From the IMG/VR virus record IMGVR_UViG_3300045988_100766: a stretch of 41,833 nucleotides of DNA; one strand, 5' to 3'. A model generated the notes under the pieces. It saw only the letters and a list, made by a program, of their open reading frames with translations, was not told where the DNA came from and ran no database searches. The stretch is from a virus. Within the stretch, counting starts at the first letter, position 1; the number at the start of each line of letters is the position of its first letter. Shown in pieces: positions 8,347 through 16,066 of this stretch. The position numbers and the translations under genes are program-made.

Positions 8347-8699
8347 GAGCGATTGACGCGGATTTTGTACAAGATGCGTTGACAAAGACGATAACTGAGA
8401 TCCTCTCAAAAAGCCAAAACGAATCAACGCAGTATGTCGCAATGGGGCTGGCGAGCATTAAGACGATAATAGATATAGCCCCCACACTCGACGTTGCGCC
8501 GGTGAGGCATGGGCGATGGGTGCGTTGCAAAGGCAAATCGACGTTGTGGCATTGCTCGGAGTGCGGCGAAAGAATCGTCTACAATTCAACCCGCAAAACG
8601 TACAACGTCCGCAAGAAGAACGTTGCCGAGGTTAACCAATTTTGCAGAGCGTGCGGCGCGAAAATGGACGCTGGACAGGAGGATGACGATGATGCTTGA
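8343..8699 (+). CDS. Hypothetical protein with C-terminal zinc ribbon
   Basis: CSEC...CRAC motif; ATGA overlap with mazG. Confidence 0.5.
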   Translation: MRAIDADFVQDALTKTITEILSKSQNESTQYVAMGLASIKTIIDIAPTLDVAPVRHGRWVRCKGKSTLWHCSECGERIVYNSTRKTYNVRKKNVAEVNQFCRACGAKMDAGQEDDDDA

Positions 8700-8961
8700 G
8701 CGCAAGACGGTGTCGATGTGCGTTAACAGCGACTACTGCCGGGGCTGGAACGACGCGGTGGCGGAAATGCCGAAATGGATCAGCGTCAAGGAGAAGATGC
8801 CGGAAACGGAAGGTAAATACATCGTTTGCACGGCAAAAAGCAGCGTTTACTGCACAAAATTCAAGGGTTGCGGAGACATAGGGGTGTTTAAAACAGACAT
8901 GAATACGCATATAACCCACTGGATGCCGCTGCCCGATGCGCCGGAGGTGGACGATGAGTAA
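8683..8961 (+). CDS. DUF551-like protein
   Basis: WISVKEKMPE...THWMPLPDAP pattern, typical of DUF551. Confidence 0.6.
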   Translation: MTMMLERKTVSMCVNSDYCRGWNDAVAEMPKWISVKEKMPETEGKYIVCTAKSSVYCTKFKGCGDIGVFKTDMNTHITHWMPLPDAPEVDDE

Positions 8962-8983
8962 CCTACTCTGCCTGATTATCGGC
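8952..8983 (+). repeat. 32-bp direct repeat copy A (30/32 identical to 10109-10140)
   Basis: CGATGAGTAACCTACTCTGCCTGATTATCGGC, read directly. Confidence 0.9.
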
Positions 8984-9020
8984 CGAGCTGAGGCACAAGA
9001 GACTAAAGGAGGCCTTGACG

Positions 9021-9875
9021 ATGGGTGCTAAGACCAAGATTGACTGGTGCGACAGCACATGGAACCCCGTAACCGGCTGCCTGCACGGCTGCGAATACTG
9101 CTATGCGCGGAGGATCGCGGAGCGGTTTAGGGCAAGAGAAATATATGATCCAGAATGCCAATGCCAACGAAAACTGATCGAACGTGGGATGCTGAAGGGA
9201 ACTGGAAAACCGTTAGAGCTTACTTATCCGTGGGAACAGAAGAACAAGGATGGAAGTATAACTAACGCTGCGTATCCGTTTGGATTTGACCCCACCTTCC
9301 ACCGCTACAAACTGGACGAACCGCAACGCTGGAAAAAGCCGCGCACAATTTTTGTGTGTTCCATGGCAGACCTGTTCGGCGATTGGGTGCCGGATGAATG
9401 GATTCAGGAAATCTTTGAAGCCTGTGACAAGGCCTCGCAGCACCGATACATGTTCTTGACAAAGAACCCCAGCAGGTATGCGGAACTGCTCAATCTTTTA
9501 CCGAAGCACAGGCGACCGCCGAATGTGGCCGAAATGTGGTTTGGTCAGAGCTTTACGGGCGCAGAACGCAATTACACGCCCCTTGCGCTGCCTCCGTGGC
9601 AATACCGCTTTGCGAGCATAGAGCCTTTGCTGCGCAATTTATCACGTGCGGAAGCGATGAAAATTGCAGCAACAAATGAATGGATTATCGTTGGTGCGGA
9701 AACGGGCGTTCGTAAGGGTAAAATTATTCCGAAGCGGGAATGGGTGGAAGAAATTGTGAAGGTCTGCAAGGAATACGGAACACCCGTGTTCATGAAAGAC
9801 AGCTTGCGCGACCTGATGCGAGACGGCTTCCGTCAGGAATTTCCGTGGATTGTAGGAGGGAGCGAGCTGTTTTGA
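9021..9875 (+). CDS. Phage Gp37/Gp68 family protein (DUF5131)
   Basis: N-terminus KIDWCDSTWNPVTGCLHGCEYCYA is characteristic of the family; SD AAAGGAGG upstream. Confidence 0.8.
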   Translation: MGAKTKIDWCDSTWNPVTGCLHGCEYCYARRIAERFRAREIYDPECQCQRKLIERGMLKGTGKPLELTYPWEQKNKDGSITNAAYPFGFDPTFHRYKLDEPQRWKKPRTIFVCSMADLFGDWVPDEWIQEIFEACDKASQHRYMFLTKNPSRYAELLNLLPKHRRPPNVAEMWFGQSFTGAERNYTPLALPPWQYRFASIEPLLRNLSRAEAMKIAATNEWIIVGAETGVRKGKIIPKREWVEEIVKVCKEYGTPVFMKDSLRDLMRDGFRQEFPWIVGGSELF

Positions 9876-10114
9876 GTGAAGAAGAAAACATTGCCCCGTG
9901 CCTTTGCGGCACACTCCCTATCAAGGAAACGCGAAGCGTTATGCTCGGAAAACTGGCTGACGGTGGTTATCCTGTTGTGCAAGGACGGTTTCGCTGCCCG
10001 AATTGCGGTCTTTCCCCAAGCTGGGGAATGAGCTATTCGGTTTTCGGCGGTCGCTGGGATGATAACATCGCCGTCTGGAACAAATTCATTCAGAAGCAGG
10101 AGGTAAAACGATGA
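9872..10114 (+). CDS. Lar-like (restriction alleviation family) small zinc-ribbon protein
   Basis: PCLCG...CPNCG...IAVWNKF resembles the Lar pattern CPFCG...C..CG...A..AWN. TTG start overlaps the upstream TGA. Confidence 0.4.
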   Translation: MSEEENIAPCLCGTLPIKETRSVMLGKLADGGYPVVQGRFRCPNCGLSPSWGMSYSVFGGRWDDNIAVWNKFIQKQEVKR

Positions 10115-10140
10115 GTAACCTGATCTGCCTGATTATCGGC
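10109..10140 (+). repeat. 32-bp direct repeat copy B
   Basis: CGATGAGTAACCTGATCTGCCTGATTATCGGC. Confidence 0.9.
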
Positions 10141-10194
10141 TGCGTTGTTGGCCTGACGGTTGCCGCGCTTGTTGCGGCGGGGGAGGATCAATGA
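10111..10194 (+). CDS. 27-aa hydrophobic peptide (MSNLICLIIGCVVGLTVAALVAAGEDQ)
   Basis: ATGA overlaps at both ends and a single predicted TM helix. Not in the ORF track because it is under 60 aa. Confidence 0.4.
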   Translation: MSNLICLIIGCVVGLTVAALVAAGEDQ

Positions 10195-10913
10195 GAGTAC
10201 TGATTGCGTGCGAGGAATCCCAGGAGGTGTGCAAGGCATTCCGCGCGCTGGGACATGAGGCGTACAGCTGCGATATTCAGCCGCCATCCGGCGTGCATCC
10301 TGAGTGGCACATCCAGGGCGATGCGCTAAAGATTCTGTCGCCGTGCTGGCTGCCTGATCTGGCGCATGATGATCAGCGCCGTGGCATTGAGTTTTGCACG
10401 ATGGACAAGGCGTATCACATCGTTGATCAGTGGGATTTGCTGATAGCGCATCCGCCGTGTACTTATTTGTCGAACGCAGGGGCGCGCTGGCTATGCCCGC
10501 AAAAAGGCAAGATTGATCGCGAGCGATATGCAAAAGGATTACTGGCAAAACAGTTTTTCATGCGCTTTTATGATGCAGATTGTCCGCGAATTGCCGTGGA
10601 AAATCCCCTGCCCAGCCGCGTGTTTGGTCTTCCGCCCGCGTCGCAGTGGATACAGCCTTATCAGTATCAATACGATGATGATAGCAAGTACTGCCACCCG
10701 TACACAAAACTAACGGGGTTGTGGCTTAAAGGCTTGCAGCCGCTTACGCCAACGTCTCCGGATGCTGTGCCGACAGGCCCGTATGTGCCTTCCGGTACTG
10801 GCCGAAAAAGACAAGACAAATACGGAGCCGCCAAACGCGGAAACGATGCAAAAAACAGGGCAAAAACTTTTCCGGGAATCGCACGTGCCATGGCCGAACA
10901 GTGGGGAGGATAA
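10191..10913 (+). CDS. DNA (cytosine-5)-methyltransferase-like protein, orphan, no canonical motif I
   Basis: HPPCTYLS (motif IV PC) and AVENP (motif VI ENV-like). The N-terminus is ACEESQ instead of FxGxG. Confidence 0.55.
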   Translation: MRVLIACEESQEVCKAFRALGHEAYSCDIQPPSGVHPEWHIQGDALKILSPCWLPDLAHDDQRRGIEFCTMDKAYHIVDQWDLLIAHPPCTYLSNAGARWLCPQKGKIDRERYAKGLLAKQFFMRFYDADCPRIAVENPLPSRVFGLPPASQWIQPYQYQYDDDSKYCHPYTKLTGLWLKGLQPLTPTSPDAVPTGPYVPSGTGRKRQDKYGAAKRGNDAKNRAKTFPGIARAMAEQWGG

Positions 10914-10916
10914 AAA

Positions 10917-11360
10917 ATGGACAAAAAGGTGCTGTGCCCGTACTGCGGGAGCGAGATGATAGGGCAAAATGTTACGCAAGTGTTCGGTGTATATTGGGCT
11001 CAAGCAAAATGCGAACATTGCAAAAGTACTGGCCCGTTGATTTGCGGCGAACGCGGATTGGTTACGGATGCGGAAGAGATGGCCAGGAAATCCGCCCTTT
11101 CCGCCGCCCAGGCGCGATACCTGCCGCCCAACAGGCCGCTGACGCTGGATGAGGTCAAGGCGCTGGAAACAGATAACTGGATGTGCACGCCAGCATGGGT
11201 TGAATTTGCTGATTGCAAAAAGACGATTGAATCCGGACAGATCCGCTTGGCGCCTAACGTACTTGAGGGTTATGGCCGTGATTTCCGCGTTTGGCTCCGC
11301 AAGCCCACGCAGGCGGAAATGGACGCGGCGGAATGGGGAGGACGAGCAAACGATGATTGA
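10917..11360 (+). CDS. Protein with Lar-like N-terminal zinc ribbon and unknown C-terminal domain
   Basis: CPYCGSEM...CEHCKSTGP, followed by GYGRDFRVWLRKPTQAEMDAAEW. Confidence 0.4.
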   Translation: MDKKVLCPYCGSEMIGQNVTQVFGVYWAQAKCEHCKSTGPLICGERGLVTDAEEMARKSALSAAQARYLPPNRPLTLDEVKALETDNWMCTPAWVEFADCKKTIESGQIRLAPNVLEGYGRDFRVWLRKPTQAEMDAAEWGGRANDD

Positions 11361-11922
11361 TAAATCTATGCGTAAGGCGACGGCGAAGCGCTGCGGCAAT
11401 GTGATCGTAATCCACATGGATGGCGGCGGTGACTGCCTGTGGCTGAATATGTACCTGGATAATGAAGCCGGGCAGATGGTATGTGATAGCGATATCGGGA
11501 GCTATGCCTATCAGTGGGGGAATAACGATAAGGAGGATTGGCCGAAATTTTGGTGCAGCTGGCTATCCAATGCCGAGTGGCTGCTGCGTAAGTGCTGCGG
11601 TGAGCGGCGTGCGGAAAAGGCATTCGATGCAAAGGCCAGCACGGAAAACCTGAAAATCATGTATGCGGAAATGCATGGCGGCGACTATGAAGCCATGTAC
11701 GAGTATGAGAAAATCCTGCAGCAGGCAGAGGGCTTTTATACAAAGACAGAATTTGCAGCAGCGTTGACTACAGCGGCAGATAACTATAGCGTTGAGCTGC
11801 CGGAAGAATGGTGGGATTGCCTTGTGGAGCACTATACGCCACAACAACTGAGGTTTGCCGAGATTTGCCGGGAAGTAATTGTTCCAGCGCTGCGAATGCT
11901 GGGCGATAAGGAGGCCGCCTGA
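11353..11922 (+). CDS. Hypothetical protein
   Basis: ATG 11353 overlaps the upstream gene end; 189 aa. Confidence 0.55.
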   Translation: MIDKSMRKATAKRCGNVIVIHMDGGGDCLWLNMYLDNEAGQMVCDSDIGSYAYQWGNNDKEDWPKFWCSWLSNAEWLLRKCCGERRAEKAFDAKASTENLKIMYAEMHGGDYEAMYEYEKILQQAEGFYTKTEFAAALTTAADNYSVELPEEWWDCLVEHYTPQQLRFAEICREVIVPALRMLGDKEAA

Positions 11923-11985
11923 GCATAGCCCGGCAGAAAACCACGCATGGCGGTAGGATAACCGTATTGCATTTGGGAGGTATGT

Positions 11986-12195
11986 ATGATGTTGATCAGA
12001 TCCGTTTTCCGGCGCCTGCCCAGCGTGACATACAGTCGCGGCAAATACCATGTGCATGGGAGCGATTTGGAGCTGTGGCGAATGGCCATGGCGGTAATGC
12101 TGGCGCTTGAACAGCGCGGGTATGATGTTCCTTCGACGTGGTACAAGCTTCGCATGTGCGCGGAAAACTCCACAATGGAAAGAAAGAACAAATAG
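11986..12195 (+). CDS. Hypothetical protein
   Basis: SD GGGAGG upstream; 69 aa. Confidence 0.45.
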   Translation: MMLIRSVFRRLPSVTYSRGKYHVHGSDLELWRMAMAVMLALEQRGYDVPSTWYKLRMCAENSTMERKNK

Positions 12196-12208
12196 GAGGA
12201 TGTGAAAA

Positions 12209-12472
12209 ATGAAGAATGAAGTCAAGGCGGCAATTGATTTGTTGGAAACCGAAGAAATACCGTATGTGCTATTTATAAAGGGCGAGGGCGCGCACGTTTT
12301 CGGCAACCTTTCAGATGCTATAGCGCTGCAAATGATGGTTCTTGCGAGGATGAAAGCAGCGGGCATAGATGTTTCCGAAATTGTCGAAGCGTACAGGGAT
12401 GCGGATTTGATTCCGCCGATCACAGTTGAACTGATGGCCCGGATCGACAAAAATGAAGATTACGTTCAGTGA
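12209..12472 (+). CDS. Hypothetical small acidic protein
   Basis: SD AGGAGGA upstream; lies in an AT-richer segment. Confidence 0.55.
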   Translation: MKNEVKAAIDLLETEEIPYVLFIKGEGAHVFGNLSDAIALQMMVLARMKAAGIDVSEIVEAYRDADLIPPITVELMARIDKNEDYVQ

Positions 12473-12497
12473 TGATTATTGAATGGAGGACGAAAGA

Positions 12498-12773
12498 ATG
12501 AGCACGAAGTTAACGGTTGAACAATTCCCAAACGAAATGGCTTTAATCATGGCGCACCTCACAGAACAATTATCGCATTCGTCGGCCAAGATGAAGCTTT
12601 ATACCTGCGGGAAATTATATAATTTCTTCATTGGGACGCTGAACGACGTCGGAATTGTCGATTTGGAAGAACAAGATGTAAAGAGCATACATAATATGGT
12701 CGATGATGGCGAATCGGTGTTTATCTTGGTAAAATACGTCGAATTGGAGGACAAAACAGATGATCATCCTTGA
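12498..12773 (+). CDS. Hypothetical small acidic protein
   Basis: ATG 12498 lies 7 nt after GGAGGA. An alternative ATG is at 12483. Confidence 0.55.
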   Translation: MSTKLTVEQFPNEMALIMAHLTEQLSHSSAKMKLYTCGKLYNFFIGTLNDVGIVDLEEQDVKSIHNMVDDGESVFILVKYVELEDKTDDHP

Positions 12774-12912
12774 CATTAAGACCTACGCAGACGCTTTGGA
12801 GATTGCTTCTCTGCTTCTTCGCAGCGATTATACCGTCAGCGTCGCTAAAAAGCGCACAGGGTCAAGCGCCAAATACACCTACATTGTGACCGCAGACAAA
12901 CCCACGGCCTGA
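12760..12912 (+). CDS. Hypothetical 50-aa protein (MIILDIKTYADALEIASLLLRSDYTVSV...)
   Basis: SD GGAGGA at 12746-12751. Not in the ORF track because it is under 60 aa. Confidence 0.45.
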   Translation: MIILDIKTYADALEIASLLLRSDYTVSVAKKRTGSSAKYTYIVTADKPTA

Positions 12913-12924
12913 CAGGAGGGCAAA

Positions 12925-13056
12925 ATGCTTTACGATTACAAACCGATATTCTTCCACACACCGTGTCGCGGCGCAAAAGATGTACATGCTGCGCTTGCTG
13001 GATCAGGGGCGAGGCATGGAGACCAAGGGTTTCTATTTGTGAGACAGGAGGGATGA
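12925..13056 (+). CDS. Possible 43-aa ORF
   Basis: SD AGGAGGG upstream and an ATGA overlap with the next gene. No family recognised. Confidence 0.3.
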   Translation: MLYDYKPIFFHTPCRGAKDVHAALAGSGARHGDQGFLFVRQEG

Positions 13057-13385
13057 TTACGAGCAAACGCAACCCGCATCGCGGCAAGCCCGCGTACACC
13101 GATTATGTTAACTGGATCATGCGCTATTATGCGGCCAGTCCGGATACTGCGACCGCGAAAAACGATATCGAGCAGCGCAACTGGCAGGCGTGCAACCGTG
13201 TTCTGTCAGCGCTCCCCCTCGACGAGCGCCAAATCATGCTTGCCGTGTTTGCGTCCCCTGGCGACAACATGCAGCAGATTGTGGACAACGTTGCCGCCGA
13301 TCTGGATGTGCCGATCAACCGCGCCTGGCAGGTTGTGACCCAAACGACCAAACGAATTGCGAGAGAAAGGGGGTTGATTCCGTAA
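13053..13385 (+). CDS. Sigma-70 region-4-like HTH protein, putative late-gene transcriptional activator
   Basis: LPLDERQIMLAVF...DLDVPINRAWQVVTQTTKRIARE resembles sigma region 4. Lies directly upstream of terS. Confidence 0.55.
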   Translation: MITSKRNPHRGKPAYTDYVNWIMRYYAASPDTATAKNDIEQRNWQACNRVLSALPLDERQIMLAVFASPGDNMQQIVDNVAADLDVPINRAWQVVTQTTKRIARERGLIP

Positions 13386-14122
13386 TGGCTAAGGCAAATC
13401 CGCTTAAACGGCGCTTTCTTCGTACAGGGATGCCGCTATCTGAGATCAAACAACAAGTAGTCGCTCGTGGTACGCTGGTCACAATCGGCGATCTGCGCGC
13501 CTGCTGGTCGGCGAGCGAAACCGTGCCCAAGAACAAATACGATGCAATCATGGATACCCTGAACGAGATCGAGCACGGCAATATCATCGATGTAACGCCG
13601 GACATTAAAAAGGCCGCAACCCCGCAGGGCGGTATGGCCTCGATCACCGAGCACATGAGCGCAACCAATATCGAGATTGCCAACGCGGCTCATGCAGCCC
13701 TCTACTGGATGGATCGTCCCCGTGTGAAGACGGACGAAGAATGCGCAGCCCGTCTCGCGGAATTCTGGCAGTACACGGCGCAAACCGGCTCCTATCCAAC
13801 CGTCGAAAAGATGGCGCTTGCCCTGGGCGTAGATCGGAACACCCTCAACACCTGGAAGAATGGCGAGCTTGGAACATCCAAACGAAGGGTTGAGATGGTA
13901 CGAAAATCGTTCGGAATTATGGCAAGCATGTGTCAGGAATTGGCATCTACTGGCAAGATAAATGTCGTTGCTTGGATATTTACTGCGAAGAACTTCTTTG
14001 ATATGTCGGACAAACAGGAATTGGTGGTATCTCCCAACACCCCGCTAACCAACGTCCAAAGCGAGGAAGAATTGCGCAAGAAATATGCTGGGGCTATTGC
14101 AAACCTGTCGGACGAAAAATAA
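13385..14122 (+). CDS. terS: Terminase small subunit
   Basis: PTVEKMALALGVDRNTLNTWKNG...WIFTAKNFFDMSD matches the TerS HTH and C-terminal pattern. Sits at the head of the late region. Confidence 0.75.
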   Translation: MAKANPLKRRFLRTGMPLSEIKQQVVARGTLVTIGDLRACWSASETVPKNKYDAIMDTLNEIEHGNIIDVTPDIKKAATPQGGMASITEHMSATNIEIANAAHAALYWMDRPRVKTDEECAARLAEFWQYTAQTGSYPTVEKMALALGVDRNTLNTWKNGELGTSKRRVEMVRKSFGIMASMCQELASTGKINVVAWIFTAKNFFDMSDKQELVVSPNTPLTNVQSEEELRKKYAGAIANLSDEK

Positions 14123-14137
14123 AAACCAAATTCCATA

Positions 14138-14161
14138 GGCCGCCAAACAGGCGGTCTTTTT
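14138..14161 (+). terminator. Rho-independent terminator after terS
   Basis: GGCCGCC-AAACA-GGCGGTC stem-loop followed by TTTTT. Confidence 0.75.
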
Positions 14162-14172
14162 GATTTATGGGG

Positions 14173-14201
14173 TTGACAACGCATATGTTGTGTGATATGA
14201 T
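14173..14201 (+). promoter_or_regulatory. Sigma-70-type promoter, TTGACA-17-TATGAT with TG extended -10
   Basis: Read directly. Fires rightward into an AT-rich gap and then antisense to the FtsK-like gene. Confidence 0.55.
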
Positions 14202-14364
14202 AATATAGAATTATTATAATTAAAATTAAATATTAAATTGGGATAACTATATGTGTTCCTGCAAATGCCTTTATTTTGCCCTGTGACGGGCTTTTGCTTT
14301 GGGTATATATTTATATGGCTAACAGCGCAAAAACGACTGTGTGCAAACGTCGCGCGTCTGGTGG

Positions 14365-14408
14365 CAAAATAAACCCCCGTCAGGCGCTTTGCTTGCGTCT
14401 TGACGGGG
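14365..14408 (-). terminator. Terminator of the leftward island operon
   Basis: 8-bp stem CCCCGTCA/TGACGGGG followed on the minus strand by GTTTATTTTG, 18 nt past the stop. Confidence 0.65.
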
Positions 14409-14425
14409 TATCGTGGTGTTTGGGG

Positions 14426-15250
14426 TTATGGCACCATGACCAGCGCGGCAATGATAGCAACCAGGCCAAACGCCCATGCCGCGGCGGTTCTGGCTGCTGC
14501 ACGCTTCCGCGCCTTTTTGACGGCTTGGATCTGCGCTGACCAGCGGTCTGCCAGGTCGCGCGTCTCGGATTGGCTGTAATAATGCGGTTTGATTGGCTCC
14601 GGCTCGTTGCTCTGGGGCGTTACCATCAGGCCATAACCCCATTGCGGCAGCAGCTCGGCGCCGCTCTGATTGATGATGTTGCGGCTGTCCTGCGGAGTGG
14701 GCACGCGCAGGGCAATGCGGCAGTCTAAGTTAACCTTAATCGCGCCGGTGATGATGTCCCTGGTCGGACGCTGGGTGGCAAGGATCAAATGCACACGGGA
14801 CGAGCGGCCAAGCTGTGCAATGCGTTGGATGAGCGGCACAGCCTGTTTTTTGCTGGTGGTCATCAGGTCTGCGTACTCGTCGATAATCACATATACGTCC
14901 GGCTCGTCGCTGTCGTTGGCGTTGCGTGCCCTGGTGCGCCTGGTGCGCTCGTCGATCAGTTTGAGGGCGGCCGTTAGCTGCTCTATGATCTCGTCGGGCT
15001 CGGATGCGTAGCCGATGCAGTGCGGCACGCCGCGATATGGCCACAGCTCCGTGCGTTTGGGGTCGATCAGGATCAACTTGTGCTCGTCCGGATAGTCCAG
15101 CAGCGCTGTGTGGATGATGCTGCGCAGTAGTACGCTCTTGCCGCTGCCGGTGGTGCCTGCAATCAGGGTGTGGGTCTGCGCCAAAATGCGGCGCGCAAGG
15201 GTTGAGGCATCGCCTGACGGGCGCGTCCAAGTGGTTTTAATCGTTTTCAT
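14426..15250 (-). CDS. FtsK/SpoIIIE-family P-loop ATPase (motor core only) with C-terminal hydrophobic tail anchor
   Basis: Walker A GTTGSGKS, Walker B VYVIIDEYADL and LILATQRP. C-terminus is KKARKRAAARTAAAWAFGLVAIIAALVMVP. ATG 15250 follows SD AGGAGG. Confidence 0.8.
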   Translation of the reverse strand: MKTIKTTWTRPSGDASTLARRILAQTHTLIAGTTGSGKSVLLRSIIHTALLDYPDEHKLILIDPKRTELWPYRGVPHCIGYASEPDEIIEQLTAALKLIDERTRRTRARNANDSDEPDVYVIIDEYADLMTTSKKQAVPLIQRIAQLGRSSRVHLILATQRPTRDIITGAIKVNLDCRIALRVPTPQDSRNIINQSGAELLPQWGYGLMVTPQSNEPEPIKPHYYSQSETRDLADRWSAQIQAVKKARKRAAARTAAAWAFGLVAIIAALVMVP

Positions 15251-15281
15251 CTTTGCTGCCTCCTGGGCGGGCTGTGATCTG

Positions 15282-15719
15282 TTAGGCATGCGGGATATCG
15301 GCCTTGTGCCGGATGGCGTCGTACTGCGCCAGGATGGCGGCGTCATCATATCTGGCCGTGAGCCTTTGGATGGCGGGAAAGTTGCGGCGCTTAACGTCGG
15401 GGCCTACGGCGATCCACTGCCACGGGCCGCGAGACGTGGCAATGCTGCTGCCCTCCTGTATGTGCCAGACTGCCAGATGCAGCGCGATGTGGTACATGCC
15501 GTTTTGCATGTTAATGATATCGTGATAGCTCGTTGTCTTCTGCTCATAGCTGCGCTGCCAGGTGAGCGTGGCGGTTAGCGTGGTGCGCTCGTCAAGCTGG
15601 ATATCCTTCATGGCCCGCTTTTGCCCGCGAAAGATATAGTAGAGCTCGTCGAGGCGGAAACCGTTGTGCATCTTGGCGTTGATGGCGTTGATCTGTTCGC
15701 GGGTGATGGACTTAGACAT
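15282..15719 (-). CDS. Hypothetical 145-aa protein (island operon gene 3)
   Basis: ATG 15719 follows SD AGGAGGA. No family recognised. Confidence 0.6.
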   Translation of the reverse strand: MSKSITREQINAINAKMHNGFRLDELYYIFRGQKRAMKDIQLDERTTLTATLTWQRSYEQKTTSYHDIINMQNGMYHIALHLAVWHIQEGSSIATSRGPWQWIAVGPDVKRRNFPAIQRLTARYDDAAILAQYDAIRHKADIPHA

Positions 15720-15755
15720 TTTTACAATCCTCCTGGCCTTTGGCCTGTTTTTTAC

Positions 15756-15784
15756 TTGCCAGGCGGATTGCGCTATGCTATAAT
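15756..15784 (+). promoter_or_regulatory. Promoter TTGCCA-17-TATAAT driving an antisense small RNA
   Basis: Read directly in the intergenic gap of the leftward operon. Confidence 0.6.
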
Positions 15785-15790
15785 GTAGCT

Positions 15791-15862
15791 GCATCCTCTG
15801 GCTTTGGTTGGTTGGTGTGGCGCGTTGCCGTCTGCGATCTGGTCCATCGCAGGCGGCTTTTT
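15791..15862 (+). ncRNA. Candidate ~70-nt antisense sRNA
   Basis: Bounded by the promoter above and a 12-bp-stem terminator (15827-15857) with TTTTT only on the + strand. Confidence 0.5.
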
Positions 15863-15865
15863 CAA

Positions 15866-16066
15866 TCAGTAGCAGGGATTGGCCTTGCTTAGCTCCCATT
15901 CCTCGCCGTACTTGTCGGCGTGGGCCTGCTCGTAGGCCGAGAAAAACTCCTGATCGGTGCAGGGCGCGAGCTTGTCGTTGAGCTCCGCACAGATGTCATC
16001 ATCCATCAGGGCGACGGCGGCGTTGTAATCGATCTCGGTCCCGTTGGCGTTAATAACCTTTTTCAT
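15866..16066 (-). CDS. Small acidic protein (66 aa; MKKVINANGTEIDYNAAVALMDDD...)
   Basis: Internal ATG 16066 lies 7 nt after SD AAGGAGGA. The sequence type recurs on Firmicutes mobile elements (from memory; family name not recalled). Confidence 0.6.
   Translation of the reverse strand: MKKVINANGTEIDYNAAVALMDDDICAELNDKLAPCTDQEFFSAYEQAHADKYGEEWELSKANPCY

Noticed and set aside
14276-14642. ORFs 14276-14539 (+) and 14319-14642 (-) in the gap and 3' end of the FtsK-like gene
   Set aside because: They span the terminator hairpin and overlap the FtsK-like coding frame. They have no SD sequences, and their compositions are Arg/Gly/Cys-rich.
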